DNA of 63,939 bases from a virus (IMGVR_UViG_3300046656_000719:1-63939), one strand, 5' to 3'. Positions 52,104 to 62,583 are shown, counted from the stretch's first letter. Translations and numbers: made by a program. Notes: generated from the sequence alone by a model not told the origin.

Positions 52104-54398
52104 TCAGATGAACAAGCTGGCAGTGAGGTGCGAGGACGCTTGGACGTTGCCGCCCCCCGCGTTAGTCAGCGCCCGCAGCGCCGTCGAATGAAAGCCACTA
52201 GCAAGCTCCTGCGACAGCGACACGGACGCCGCAGCCTGCCCAGCGGAAGACTGATACACCACGGCACCAAGCCCGCCATCCACATCCGCGGCCACGGCAA
52301 AATAGCTAGAACCACCAGTGTCATACCCGGAGAAGTTGCCCGAGATGAACACCGCGGCATCACCCCACGTCAGGAACGATCCTTGGCAAATGTAGTACCA
52401 CCCCCCGGAATCAACGGCCACGGCAGCGCCTGCCTGAATAGCGAAGGCGCGCGGACGCCGATTCGGCCATGTCGCCACATAACGCTGCGAAGGGTTGTCG
52501 ACAAAACCACCAGCGGCGCTGCTCATCCAGACCATGCCCACCAGCGTCTTCGTCGCGTCCCCCGACATGACCCAAACGCCGTTGACGTACTCTTGCGGCG
52601 CAGTCTGGCTCGTTACCAGCGTGAAATTGGGCCACGTACCCGGTGCGGTGTAGACGTAGCAGGCGACGTTGGGCGTCACCGGGCCGGAGGAAAGCGTGAC
52701 TCCGCCGAAGGGGATCACGTAGTTCCTGCCGTTGATCCACAACCGGTCGCCATTCCATGGGTAAAGTACGCAGCGATTCAAGTCTAGGAAACGGAAACGC
52801 CCGCAGCACTGCGGCATGTCGGTCTGCCACGCAGTGGCAAAATCCGCAGCGCCGTTTTTAACCAGAACAAAACCGGGATTACCGCCTACGGGCACACCGG
52901 GCCCGGTCGGCCCCGCCGCGCCGGTCGGTCCTTGCACACCCGACGCCCCCTGCGGCCCCTGCGGCCCCTGAATGCCGCGCACCGGGTTCACCTCGATCCA
53001 CGTGAACGTGGCATCCGGGTTCTGGTAGCGCACGAACATCTTGCCGCTGTCGGTCTCGAACCACTGCTGCCCCGGACCCACGATGGGCACCGCGTCCTGC
53101 ATGATGATGTCGTTGCCCGGCGGGCCCGCCGCCCCCGGCGTGCCCGGTGCGCCCGGGTCGCCCTGAACGCCCTTGTCACCCTTCACCCCGACCGGATTCG
53201 TACCAACCAGCGTGAAGGTGCCGTCGGGGTTCTTGTAACGCAGGTAGAAGTTGCCGGTGTCAGACTCGAACCACTGCTCGCCCTCGTTCAGCGCGGGCTG
53301 CGCGTCGGCGATATCTGCGGCTCCGCCGCCCCCGGCGGAGGGCTTCCAGTTGGCATCCCCGCTCGTGTTGCTGAGCTTGGTCAACACCTCGTTGGTGAGC
53401 CCGCCCGGGGGGAGACTGGGGCCGATGGAACCGATAGCCGTGTCCACGTAGCCCTTGGTGGCGGCGTGCAGCGTCAACGTCGGCGCGCCGGGCAGCGTGA
53501 GCGGACCAGTCATCGCCCGCGCGCCCGTAAGCGGCAGGTACTGCGGATGATCATCCGCGGTGAGGCCGGTCAGCGCGCCGTGGCTGGTGACCGTGACCAC
53601 ACCCGCCACGGCGGCATCGACATACCCCTTCGTCGCCGCGTGCAGCGACACCGTCGGGAACCCGGGCAGCGTGAGCGGCCCGGTCATCACATCGCCCGCC
53701 TTCGCCACCTTCAGCGCGAGCCCGGCCGAGAGCGATGCGTCCGCGTTGTCGATGTAGGTTTTCTGCGCCGCGTCGAGGCCGTCGACGTAGCCCTTGCTGG
53801 CGGCGTGCAGCGGAACCGTCGGCGGGCCGACCAGCGTGAGCGGGCCTGTCATCGCTCGCGCGCCGGTCAGGGGCAGGTACTGTGGGTGGTCGTCCGCCGT
53901 GAGGCCGGTCAGCGCCGCGTGGCTCGTCACGATGGTGACGTTTAGCCAGTCGGCCGCCACGGTCGCCCACGGGCCCACCTGCTGGTTCCCCATGTAGCGG
54001 TAGGTCTTGGGGGCCGTGGAGGGCCAGCGGTAGAAGGTGGCCTCCCCCGCGGCCCGGACGATGGCCGTGGCGTTCGCCTGCGCGTTCCACGCGGCTTCTA
54101 CGGTGATCTGTGCGTCACCGGTAGCATCGGAGGTGACCACGCGCGTGGCCCCGCCCGCGTGCCCATCCACGTAGTCCTTGTTGACGGCGTGCAGGCCGTC
54201 GGTCGGCGGGCTCTCCAGCGTGGCGTTGCCGGTGACCCGGGCCGAGGCGAAGACGGCGTCACCGCCAGCGGCGAGAACCTCCGCCGCGGTGACGCGGTAG
54301 GTGACGCTGCCGATGGTGCCCGGGAAGAGGGCACCGAGGACACTCAGACCCGGCGTGGGTGCCGGGAGCAGCGAAATCGGGATGATCGGTATGGCCAC
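52104..54398 (-). CDS. Tail fibre with internal repeats and collagen-like segments
   Basis: GLTADDHPQYLPLTG x2; LHAAxKGYVD repeats; Gly-X-Y runs; QWFExD repeats x2. Confidence 0.8.
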   Translation of the reverse strand: MAIPIIPISLLPAPTPGLSVLGALFPGTIGSVTYRVTAAEVLAAGGDAVFASARVTGNATLESPPTDGLHAVNKDYVDGHAGGATRVVTSDATGDAQITVEAAWNAQANATAIVRAAGEATFYRWPSTAPKTYRYMGNQQVGPWATVAADWLNVTIVTSHAALTGLTADDHPQYLPLTGARAMTGPLTLVGPPTVPLHAASKGYVDGLDAAQKTYIDNADASLSAGLALKVAKAGDVMTGPLTLPGFPTVSLHAATKGYVDAAVAGVVTVTSHGALTGLTADDHPQYLPLTGARAMTGPLTLPGAPTLTLHAATKGYVDTAIGSIGPSLPPGGLTNEVLTKLSNTSGDANWKPSAGGGGAADIADAQPALNEGEQWFESDTGNFYLRYKNPDGTFTLVGTNPVGVKGDKGVQGDPGAPGTPGAAGPPGNDIIMQDAVPIVGPGQQWFETDSGKMFVRYQNPDATFTWIEVNPVRGIQGPQGPQGASGVQGPTGAAGPTGPGVPVGGNPGFVLVKNGAADFATAWQTDMPQCCGRFRFLDLNRCVLYPWNGDRLWINGRNYVIPFGGVTLSSGPVTPNVACYVYTAPGTWPNFTLVTSQTAPQEYVNGVWVMSGDATKTLVGMVWMSSAAGGFVDNPSQRYVATWPNRRPRAFAIQAGAAVAVDSGGWYYICQGSFLTWGDAAVFISGNFSGYDTGGSSYFAVAADVDGGLGAVVYQSSAGQAAASVSLSQELASGFHSTALRALTNAGGGNVQASSHLTASLFI

Positions 54399-54401
54399 CG
54401 A

Positions 54402-55043
54402 TCACCCGTGGCGCATCTGCACGCGCTGGTTCTGTCGTCCGTAGGACTTGGCGGTTTCGGTCGCCCCCGTGATCAGCGCGCTGCGGAAGTCGCTGCCGTA
54501 GCGCCCGGCCATGCCGGGGTTCGCCCACGGCTGGTTTTCCATGCCGAGCAGAATTTCCAGCGCCCCCGCGGCAATCTCCGGAAGGTACATGTCGTAAAGA
54601 TCGTCGGTGACCGTGACGGCGGTGCGCAGCGGTACCAGCGCAAGCCGGAACATCACCGAATAGACGCTGCCGCCCTCCGGCACCGGGTAGGTAGCGACGC
54701 GCCCGGGCCGCGGCTGGTAGATGGCGCGCGGCTCGCCGGTCGCCGCGCGCCAGTTCCAGACCCGGTTATCCAACTCCTGCAGGCCGGTGATGCTCAAGGG
54801 ATAACCGCGATTGGCGAGGCGCGCGGACATGATCTGCACCACATCCACATCGGGCGGAAGCACGAAGCTGTAAGGCTGCACCGCGTCGATGTCGACCGGG
54901 CCGTAGTCGTCCTGCCACCACAACGTCGTGGAACAGAAGTCGATAGCGGCGTTGCGCACGGCGTTCACCGCCAGAGGTTCCGGGCAGCCGGTAACCAGCG
55001 GCATCACCTCTGGCAGCCACTGCGCGAACTGGACGGTTGCCAC
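54402..55043 (-). CDS. Head-tail adaptor (tubular protein A-like) protein
   Basis: RNAAIDFC..T, IAAGAL, QPWANP. Confidence 0.65.
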   Translation of the reverse strand: MATVQFAQWLPEVMPLVTGCPEPLAVNAVRNAAIDFCSTTLWWQDDYGPVDIDAVQPYSFVLPPDVDVVQIMSARLANRGYPLSITGLQELDNRVWNWRAATGEPRAIYQPRPGRVATYPVPEGGSVYSVMFRLALVPLRTAVTVTDDLYDMYLPEIAAGALEILLGMENQPWANPGMAGRYGSDFRSALITGATETAKSYGRQNQRVQMRHG

Positions 55044-55046
55044 GAG

Positions 55047-55361
55047 CTACCCCGTGGGCGGGCGCGGCCCGGCCGGGGGGAATCCGGGCGGCGCTGCGGG
55101 CTGCCCCTGCTGCGGCGGCGTGTCGCCCATCTTCGCCTTCGCCTTCTCCTTCGATTTCTCCTTCTCGGTCTTGCCACCGGCCAGCAGCGCGAGGCCGTCC
55201 TCGGTCGGCTGGTAGGAATTCAGCCCGGTGTTCCACACCGCCACGCGCAGCACGCCGCGGTCGTCGGTGCGGGCGTCCATGTAGGTGCCCATGTCCTGCG
55301 CGCCGAAATCGGCGACCAGCCGCTCGATTTGGGTTTTCGCTTCGCTCTTGGGTTCGGTCAT
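55047..55361 (-). CDS. Hypothetical protein
   Basis: GGAGG RBS. Confidence 0.6.
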   Translation of the reverse strand: MTEPKSEAKTQIERLVADFGAQDMGTYMDARTDDRGVLRVAVWNTGLNSYQPTEDGLALLAGGKTEKEKSKEKAKAKMGDTPPQQGQPAAPPGFPPAGPRPPTG

Positions 55362-55385
55362 TGGTACCTCCGTACTACGTTTGTA

Positions 55386-55760
55386 CTACATTGAAGGGGT
55401 GATCCAGTCGTTGCGGCCGACCGACTTGAAGAGCTTCGATTTGCCCGCCGCCAGCGAGATCGGCTTGTCGATTTCGTCACCGTCGATTCGACCATTCACA
55501 GCGGGAAACACGGCCGCCGTCTCACCGCCGCCGTTCCTCAACCACAGGTCGTCGCCCGCCTCACCGGGCGGCAGCTTGACGGAGTCGCCCGCGGTGGCGC
55601 ACACCTTGATGATGTTGATGTCGCCGGTCAGCACCGGCGTCTTTTCATCGTTCGCCCCGCCCGCCAGCGCGACGATCTGGTCTTCCACGTGGTCGCCGGT
55701 GATGCCCCCCGCGGAACCGCCCCACGCGCCGCTCGCGATCAAGCGTCTCTTGCTCGTCAT
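55386..55760 (-). CDS. Putative capsid decoration protein, paralogue B
   Basis: ALAGGAN..GDIN..ATAGDSV.LP shared with 55819-56154. Confidence 0.6.
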   Translation of the reverse strand: MTSKRRLIASGAWGGSAGGITGDHVEDQIVALAGGANDEKTPVLTGDINIIKVCATAGDSVKLPPGEAGDDLWLRNGGGETAAVFPAVNGRIDGDEIDKPISLAAGKSKLFKSVGRNDWITPSM

Positions 55761-55777
55761 GTTTGCCTCCGAAGTGG

Positions 55778-55801
55778 CTGGGGGGCCACGCGGCCCCCCA
55801 G
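55778..55801. other. 10-bp stem-loop between the decoration paralogues
   Basis: CTGGGGGGCC-acgc-GGCCCCCCAG; no clear U tract. Confidence 0.55.
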
Positions 55802-55818
55802 TGGTTAACGAGAAGCGG

Positions 55819-56154
55819 CTACGCGCCCGCCACCGTGAACCAAGTGAGCCCGTTGTCGGCCACCTGATAGCAGATCACGGACTTCGCATTGGCGAGCGCC
55901 CCGGCCGCGTCCGGTGCAGCGGCATTGATCGTGCCCCCCGGGTTGGGGAACACGTTGGCGGAGGCCGCCCCCGCGTTGCGGATGACGAGACTCGACCCCT
56001 TGGGCTGGTTCGCCGGGAGGCGCACCGAGTCGGCCGCAGTGGCGGCGACGGTGATGACGTTGATGTCGCCATCCAAAGTCGGCGTGGCGGCGCTGTTGGC
56101 ACCGCCCGCGAGGGCGGTGACGTTTTTGACACTCAAGCTGCGTGATTCGGCCAT
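55819..56154 (-). CDS. Putative capsid decoration protein, paralogue A
   Basis: Directly downstream of the capsid gene; AGGAG RBS. Confidence 0.6.
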   Translation of the reverse strand: MAESRSLSVKNVTALAGGANSAATPTLDGDINVITVAATAADSVRLPANQPKGSSLVIRNAGAASANVFPNPGGTINAAAPDAAGALANAKSVICYQVADNGLTWFTVAGA

Positions 56155-56190
56155 GGTTTTCTCCTGTGCCTGAAGGTGAGTGAGCCGGGG

Positions 56191-57198
56191 TTAGGAGACG
56201 TAGGCGATGGTGAACGCTTCCGGCTTCGTCGCCTTGTAGCCGAAGATGTTCAGCGACCGGATGTAGTCCCCGAAGTCGAAGGGGTTCCGCACCTGCTCCG
56301 TCTTCGTGATCTGGGAGGCGAAGGTGAACGCCGCCTTGTGCCCCGCGATCAGGAGACGACGCGCCGCGGTGTGAGTGGCACCGATGGACTCCGTGCCGTC
56401 GCCGGACTTCATCACCGCATTGGCTGCGCCGCGCGGCAGGTTGTTCGAGACGTAGACGGTGAAGCGGTCGATGACACCGATGCGGCCGTTACGCACCATC
56501 GACTTGTCGTCGCCCATGAACTGGGCTTGCGCCAAGTTCGACTGCATCAACAGGTTGCGCGTCAACGGGTCGATGATGAGCCAGCGGCTGTCCTCGGGGA
56601 TGTTCTGCTCGTCGAGAACCCCTGAAAAGGAGGTCAGGATCTGCAGCACGTTGGCACCGGTCAGCGCGACCGGGGCGACGTTGGTGCCCAGATTGTAGGC
56701 ACCGGAGTTCAGCCCCGCGGTCGCGCCCGAATTGCCCGGTGCCGGGGTGCCGTAGGCCGCGTTCAGGGCGAGGTTGAAGAGGCAGGTCGAATCGACCTTC
56801 ACCTTCATCTGCATGCCCGCGTCGTTGGAGAACATGTCCATGAGCGCAGGCTTCGCCTGATACTCGATGACATCGTTCACCTGAAACGCGAAATACAGAC
56901 CTTGGTCGATGGTGAGTTCGAGGGTGCTGGGGACCGGCACCTCGTAGGTCACGCCCTGCCCGATCACGTACTTGTTGACCGAGAGGGTCGGGATCTTGTT
57001 GATGATGATCTTGTCGCCCATGTTCTTCAGTTCGCCAGCCCAGTCGGTGTTGGCGATCTCGGAGAACACGGTCGCGATGTAGAACTTCTTGGCAAGCTGC
57101 GCCGACCAGAGCGTGGGGATGAACGTCCCCGACATCGCCGGTGAAGTCGCGAATGCGCCGCCTACGGGTGTTACTGCTCCGGGGGTTACGGTGGCCAT
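56191..57198 (-). CDS. Major capsid protein (HK97 fold)
   Basis: FIPTLWS, GDKIII, LTIDQ..F.V.D, RNGRIG.IDRF.VY.SN; position after the scaffold. Confidence 0.88.
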   Translation of the reverse strand: MATVTPGAVTPVGGAFATSPAMSGTFIPTLWSAQLAKKFYIATVFSEIANTDWAGELKNMGDKIIINKIPTLSVNKYVIGQGVTYEVPVPSTLELTIDQGLYFAFQVNDVIEYQAKPALMDMFSNDAGMQMKVKVDSTCLFNLALNAAYGTPAPGNSGATAGLNSGAYNLGTNVAPVALTGANVLQILTSFSGVLDEQNIPEDSRWLIIDPLTRNLLMQSNLAQAQFMGDDKSMVRNGRIGVIDRFTVYVSNNLPRGAANAVMKSGDGTESIGATHTAARRLLIAGHKAAFTFASQITKTEQVRNPFDFGDYIRSLNIFGYKATKPEAFTIAYVS

Positions 57199-57257
57199 GT
57201 GATCCTCAAAAGGTTGAAAGGATGCGAACGGCCCTCGTCGCCAGCTGGGAGACTACG

Positions 57258-58274
57258 TCACCACTGCACTCGGCCCTCGGCCACGGCGGCGTCGGCTTCG
57301 GCGATCAGTCTCGCCGCTTCCTTCTCGCCGTACCGCTGCACGTTGCGGACGTCATACATGGCTTCGTAATCGGCGCGCGTGAGTATCTTACGCGACACAG
57401 GCGCACTGCCCGACTTGACGGTCGAGGGTGCAACCTGACTCGATAGGGATGGCTGCGCAGGCATCGGGTTCGGTGCGGGCGCGGGCGGCTGGGCTCCGTT
57501 GCCACCGGGGTAGGCCACTTGGCCGCTTTCCTTGCGCCATGTTTCGACCAGCTTCGCGATCTTGTCGGGTTTCCCCTTCTCGATTGCCTGCGAAGCCAGC
57601 TGGCGGTAGGTCACCTCGGTGTAGTCCGGTGCCGTATCCAACCACGCGATCCACTGCGGCGAAGCGTCGATGGCGGGCCACTCCGGAACGAGGTCGATCA
57701 CCTCCCTCCAGAAGCTGCTCAACTCGCTCTTCACCACGTGCGTCTGCACCTGCTCGACCTGCTGTGCCACCGCGCCAAACCGTTTCTCCAGCTGGGCGCG
57801 CTCGGCGGCAATCGCCTCCTGCGCCATGCGGCGCACGAAGTCGACCAAGTCCTCGCCGAAACTGTCGATGTCCTGTTGCGTGGCCGGAGAGCCTGCGGCA
57901 GGGGCTGCTGCGGGCTGCTCGATCTGGGCGCTCAACGCCGCCAATCGCTCAGCTTGGTCGCGTATCTGCTGGTGCAGGCGCGGCACCTCGGCGTCGAACT
58001 TGCCCGCTAGGGTGTCAAACCTTTGCCGCCAATACGCTGCATCCTCTGCCGGGACCGGCGGCTGCGGAACCGCCTGAACCGGGGCGGCGGGCTGCGGTGA
58101 CGGAGCGGGCGCGGGTGGGGCGGGCGGTGCGGGCTGGGGTATGGGTGCGGACGGCTCGGCCGGGGTCTCGCTCACGGGGAGCGAGGTCGGTGTCTCGTCT
58201 GCATTGCCATACGCGGCCACGCGTATCGCCTCGGCTTCCGCTTCCTGTCGCTCTATGACCTGCGGCAACGCCAC
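57258..58274 (-). CDS. Scaffolding protein
   Basis: Pro-rich and coiled-coil; ends AVAEGRV; lies between portal and capsid. Confidence 0.7.
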   Translation of the reverse strand: MALPQVIERQEAEAEAIRVAAYGNADETPTSLPVSETPAEPSAPIPQPAPPAPPAPAPSPQPAAPVQAVPQPPVPAEDAAYWRQRFDTLAGKFDAEVPRLHQQIRDQAERLAALSAQIEQPAAAPAAGSPATQQDIDSFGEDLVDFVRRMAQEAIAAERAQLEKRFGAVAQQVEQVQTHVVKSELSSFWREVIDLVPEWPAIDASPQWIAWLDTAPDYTEVTYRQLASQAIEKGKPDKIAKLVETWRKESGQVAYPGGNGAQPPAPAPNPMPAQPSLSSQVAPSTVKSGSAPVSRKILTRADYEAMYDVRNVQRYGEKEAARLIAEADAAVAEGRVQW

Positions 58275-58365
58275 GCTAGCTACCTTTCCCTTTTACGCCA
58301 ACTCGCTCCGGGTGCGTCGTGCTAATGGGGACACGGGATGCACTCTCGGCTATGGGCTGTGCGGG

Positions 58366-58638
58366 TTAATACATTCCCGGGATCGCCGTTTTCGGGCGGC
58401 CGGGAGGTGAATTGGGTCGTTCCAACGCAGACACGTTGTCCACGTTTTCGATCAACTTGGCGAGGTCCGTGGCGAAGCTCGCGCGACCCTGCGCGCGGTA
58501 GACCATGGGCGCTTCCAGCGCCACCATGGCAGCGTGCTCACGGGCAATCTCGGCACGCAGGTGCTCGACGAAGGGGGCCAGCTGCGGATCTTTCTTGATC
58601 CGCACCAAGGCTTCGCGCAGCGGCTGCGTAAGTTGCAT
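58366..58638 (-). CDS. Small protein downstream of the portal
   Basis: YRAQG motif; typical position. Confidence 0.6.
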   Translation of the reverse strand: MQLTQPLREALVRIKKDPQLAPFVEHLRAEIAREHAAMVALEAPMVYRAQGRASFATDLAKLIENVDNVSALERPNSPPGRPKTAIPGMY

Positions 58639-58656
58639 GATGGGCGGACTATAGCA

Positions 58657-61089
58657 CTAGTGCAGCCGTCGCGGTGGGGCGAACGCCGTCACGGCACCGG
58701 GCTGCTGGGTGGGCATGGTCTTCGGCGCTGGCGCGCTGCCGCCCGGGGGGCCGCCCATGGTTTCACCGAGGACGCCCATGAGACCCGGCGGCACCACCGG
58801 AGCGCCCGGGGGTGCGCTCATCACGTGCATCTGCTCGTTGTCGACGGTGCCGCCGGTTAATTGGCCATCCGGGCCGACCTCAAGGTGCAGTTTCTGCGAG
58901 GGCGCGCCCGCGATGGCGAGTTGCAGCTTCTCGTTGCGATCCTTCTCCGCCTGTGCCGCCTGCGACGCCTGCGCGACGCGGGCGCGGATGACCTCGGGCC
59001 GCGGGACAATTTGATCCGTGTCCATATCGAGGTTCTTGGCAGCGATGCGCAGCATGGCGGCGATGGCTTCCTCGCCGACGATTTGATTCACCAGCGGGTT
59101 CGTAAGGGCGAGTTGCAGGAATTCGTTAATCCTCTGCTGCTGGGTCTCCTTCACTACCAAGGAGTTGGCCCCGCGCGCGACCACGTGAATGTCACCCTTC
59201 AACGACGGATCGGTGCCGAACATCATGTTATAAAACCACAGCCGTTCAATGAGCGGCTCGATGACGTTCAAGTCGATATTTGCGATCACCTGCTTGATGG
59301 ACTTCCCGGCGTTCTGCATGAGCATGCTCATGCCCGAGGAGGTCCGCAACGCGCCGCCCTGCCCCTGCGCGTCGCCGGTCATGTAGCGCGGGATGCCGGT
59401 GTGCTCGTCCGCCATCTCGGAAAAGAAGCGGTACACCTGCATCAACTCGCCCGAGATGATCGGCGGGGCGAAGAACTCCACCGCCTTGGCGGTGGACCCG
59501 TAGGGGTCGGAGGTGAACTGGTGGATCTTCCACGGGTACAGCTGGGTCAGATCCTCGCCCGGGGGCAGCCGGTCGGTGTTGTAGGCGACCTGCGGCCCGC
59601 TCGCGATGCCCATATTGTTCGCAATCGCACGCGCGGCGACGTTGCACTGCGCCTGCGAATCCCTGCACAGGTCGGGCACGCCGTTGCCCCAGAAGGTGCC
59701 GGGGACTTCCTCGTAGGAGGCTTTGTAGTAGGGCTTGCGCGCCAAGGGGTCGGGGTTCAGCGTCGCCTTGATCACCCACGAGCCGATCAACCACACCTCG
59801 CAGGGATACTCCTTGAGTTGATCGGGAACCGATGCCTCGGGCATGCCCCATTCCACCAGCATCTTGCCCTGCACGCTGCCCCAGAACTGCAGGGCATCAA
59901 TCAACTTACCGGGATTGGACCCAATCGCGGCAACGGATTTACCCTCGGCCTCGGCCTTGGCGGAGTCGATGTAGAGCCATTCGTTCAGCCCGCCACGGCC
60001 GTACTGATCGAGCACCGCGTCGATGGCAGCATCCGAGTAGCCCGGCACGCCCTTGAGTTCCAGCAGGGCACTGCGCGACAGCTTATGTCGTTCAATGAAG
60101 TCGCCGTCGTCCACATTGGTGGCATGCGCCGCCGGGTAGACCATGAAGGGATCGACCCGTGCCCACTCCAAGCACAAGTAGTCTTCCGCTTTGGCGACGA
60201 CGTTGTAGGGATTGTCCGGTGTGGGGCTCGGCACCCACTTGAGTTTTCGTTTCCTTCGAACGATGGGGCCTTTGATGACCGCGGCGGGGAAGGTGGCAAT
60301 GTCGTTGATGAACTCCGACATCGCGTCGTGGAAGCCCCCCTCGGCGAGTTGGTCCTCCATCTTGACTTCCATGCGCTCCATACGCTCGGCCGCCTGCACC
60401 TTGGCATTGGCCTGCACGCGGTCGTAGAGCGCCGCGGCGTCGCGCGCGATGTACTCCGGCCCCACCGGCAAGCCGGTTGCTTGGGTAAACGCCTGCGCCT
60501 CCTGCAGGGCTTGGTTCTGCACCGACTGGGCGACCTGTGGCGGCAGGTCGGCCTGCGGGGAGGGCGCGATGGTCCACGGCTTCTCGTTCTTCGTTCCCAT
60601 CATGACGTCGCGAATCCAACTCGCCGCCGAGCGGCACTTGTTGGATGTCAACATCATGTATATTTCGCTGCCCCCCATCTTGCGGATCTCGCTCAGGCGC
60701 TCGGGGTCGTATTCCCCCCTGCGCTGGCGCATGCACTGCAGCATGCGCTCCTCGACGATGAGGCGTTTCGCATCCAAGGCGGACTGCCAGCAGCCGCGCA
60801 CGTGCGCGGCGAGCCCTTGAACGACCGGCTGGTTGTTGGTCTGCTCGGCAGCCGCGCGGCGCGCTTCGATGGAAGCATTCCCCTCCATCTGCATGATCCC
60901 GCCCACCGACATCGGGCCGAGCGGGGCGCGGGCGACCGCACCCGGGGGTGCCGGGGGCACCATCGGGGGAGCCGCCGGGGCTCCGAAGGGCGCGTATTGC
61001 GAGGGAGGTCCGGGCGGCAGAGATGGCGGGGGAACCGCCCCTGTGGGAGAGGTTGGCAGGCCGCCGCCCGGGGGGAAAACGGCTGACAT
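58657..61089 (-). CDS. Portal protein
   Basis: 810 aa after TerL; FWGNGVP, ADEHTGIP, RTSSGMSML. Confidence 0.88.
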   Translation of the reverse strand: MSAVFPPGGGLPTSPTGAVPPPSLPPGPPSQYAPFGAPAAPPMVPPAPPGAVARAPLGPMSVGGIMQMEGNASIEARRAAAEQTNNQPVVQGLAAHVRGCWQSALDAKRLIVEERMLQCMRQRRGEYDPERLSEIRKMGGSEIYMMLTSNKCRSAASWIRDVMMGTKNEKPWTIAPSPQADLPPQVAQSVQNQALQEAQAFTQATGLPVGPEYIARDAAALYDRVQANAKVQAAERMERMEVKMEDQLAEGGFHDAMSEFINDIATFPAAVIKGPIVRRKRKLKWVPSPTPDNPYNVVAKAEDYLCLEWARVDPFMVYPAAHATNVDDGDFIERHKLSRSALLELKGVPGYSDAAIDAVLDQYGRGGLNEWLYIDSAKAEAEGKSVAAIGSNPGKLIDALQFWGSVQGKMLVEWGMPEASVPDQLKEYPCEVWLIGSWVIKATLNPDPLARKPYYKASYEEVPGTFWGNGVPDLCRDSQAQCNVAARAIANNMGIASGPQVAYNTDRLPPGEDLTQLYPWKIHQFTSDPYGSTAKAVEFFAPPIISGELMQVYRFFSEMADEHTGIPRYMTGDAQGQGGALRTSSGMSMLMQNAGKSIKQVIANIDLNVIEPLIERLWFYNMMFGTDPSLKGDIHVVARGANSLVVKETQQQRINEFLQLALTNPLVNQIVGEEAIAAMLRIAAKNLDMDTDQIVPRPEVIRARVAQASQAAQAEKDRNEKLQLAIAGAPSQKLHLEVGPDGQLTGGTVDNEQMHVMSAPPGAPVVPPGLMGVLGETMGGPPGGSAPAPKTMPTQQPGAVTAFAPPRRLH

Positions 61090-61146
61090 CAGCAGCGTCG
61101 GTGGGATGCCGCGTTCATGCCGCGCATGCTAGCACGTAATTTGTGG

Positions 61147-62583
61147 TTAGGCTGACCATCTGAACGGGGCGGGCAGGATTTTCCGCGCCTGCGTGCGCGT
61201 TACGCCCCCCGTGGAGCGTCCGCCGTCGTGCTGCAGGCAGGCGTAACCGATTGCGTCGCCATAGTCAGAATGGGGGTGCGTTTTTTCGGGCGTATCCGCG
61301 GTGTCGCCCTTGAGGTTCGTCTTGTAGCGGTACTTGGATCGCACCGCGGTGATGAACTCCTTGCACGCCGGGTCGACGAGGAAGGCAGCCTTCCCCTCCA
61401 CCGTGCGCGTCATGTAGGAATCCACGGCCGCGATGCGCGCCGAGGGGGTGTTGGTCCGCGCGGCGACCACCTTCAGCCCTTCCTTCTTGAAAATGTCGGC
61501 GACGGTGCGCTCGTCGGTCTGTGCTCTCTGGAAGGCGGCGGGATCTATGACGAGGAGCGCCGCGTGGCGCGGATACTTGAGGGCGAGGAGCGGCTTCAGC
61601 CGTTCGCGGGCGAATCTCAGCGCGCCCATGCCATCGGCATGACCGGTTATGGCGTCAAGGATGAGGACGCGGCCGTCGTAGGTGAGTTGCGTGATGACGG
61701 CAGTGGGGTTCAACCCGGCGTCGACGCCGATGACGAGGGGAGAGGACGGCAGCGGGGTCAGGGGGGTCGTTGCAACGTGCGTCGTCAGGGAAAAGGCACG
61801 GAACACCGGGCGACCGGCCAAGGAGCGGCCGAATTTCGCGTGCACGTAGACGTCGATCCACTCTTCGGTCTTCCCCTGAACGAGGTTCGTGTAGTAGTCC
61901 GGGTCGAGGCAGTGCAGCCAGTCCGCTTCCGGTGAGAGCCCGGAGGGCTGCGTCGTCACGTGCACGTTGGGCGGGGGCGTGGTGAGGTAGTCCTCCCAGA
62001 AGGTGTCCGCATCCGGGGGATTCGAGGCACCCCACACCTTCTTCAGGAGGTGGACCTCTTGGGTGGCAGGGTCGACTTCCGCGCAGCCGACGCCGTTCAT
62101 GGCCCGGTCCGGGTAGCGGCCGACGCGGGTGGTCAGGGCATTGAAGACGTCGGAGTTGATCTCGCGAAACTCGTCCATCATCGCGTATGAAAGTTGAAGG
62201 GAAAGTAAACGCCGAACGTCATTGGCATCATCCAAGCCACGAAACAACACTTCGCACCGCACATCGTCCAAGACTATGGTGAACTTCATCTGGGTCTTCT
62301 CGTAGAAACCCGCTTCACCGTCGGGAAACCACTTGAGGAAGTCCGGAATCGTCGTATCGAGCAGCATCTGCCGGGTATTTCGCACCACGGCAACCCTTGA
62401 ACGACGCAACCCGGCACCGGCCACGCCCTTGGAAGAGGGGCAGGGGTAGATCCGCTTCGCTTCCCGTGCGATCTTGATGATGGACGCCGTGGTCTTGGTG
62501 CTGCCGACGGGTCCGCAGATCAGGTCGACGAACTTGTCCCCGGTCAGGTAGGGCAGCGTGGAGGGAACCGCGGTGAAATTCAT
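61147..62583 (-). CDS. terL: Terminase large subunit
   Basis: GPVGSTKT, VVRNT, MDEFRE, SNPP, GVDAGLNP, IDPA, SDYGDA. Confidence 0.92.
   Translation of the reverse strand: MNFTAVPSTLPYLTGDKFVDLICGPVGSTKTTASIIKIAREAKRIYPCPSSKGVAGAGLRRSRVAVVRNTRQMLLDTTIPDFLKWFPDGEAGFYEKTQMKFTIVLDDVRCEVLFRGLDDANDVRRLLSLQLSYAMMDEFREINSDVFNALTTRVGRYPDRAMNGVGCAEVDPATQEVHLLKKVWGASNPPDADTFWEDYLTTPPPNVHVTTQPSGLSPEADWLHCLDPDYYTNLVQGKTEEWIDVYVHAKFGRSLAGRPVFRAFSLTTHVATTPLTPLPSSPLVIGVDAGLNPTAVITQLTYDGRVLILDAITGHADGMGALRFARERLKPLLALKYPRHAALLVIDPAAFQRAQTDERTVADIFKKEGLKVVAARTNTPSARIAAVDSYMTRTVEGKAAFLVDPACKEFITAVRSKYRYKTNLKGDTADTPEKTHPHSDYGDAIGYACLQHDGGRSTGGVTRTQARKILPAPFRWSA

Noticed and set aside
53461-53930. Repeats in the fibre gene as a DGR template/variable pair
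   Set aside because: Differences are mostly synonymous and not adenine-specific; no reverse transcriptase in the genome
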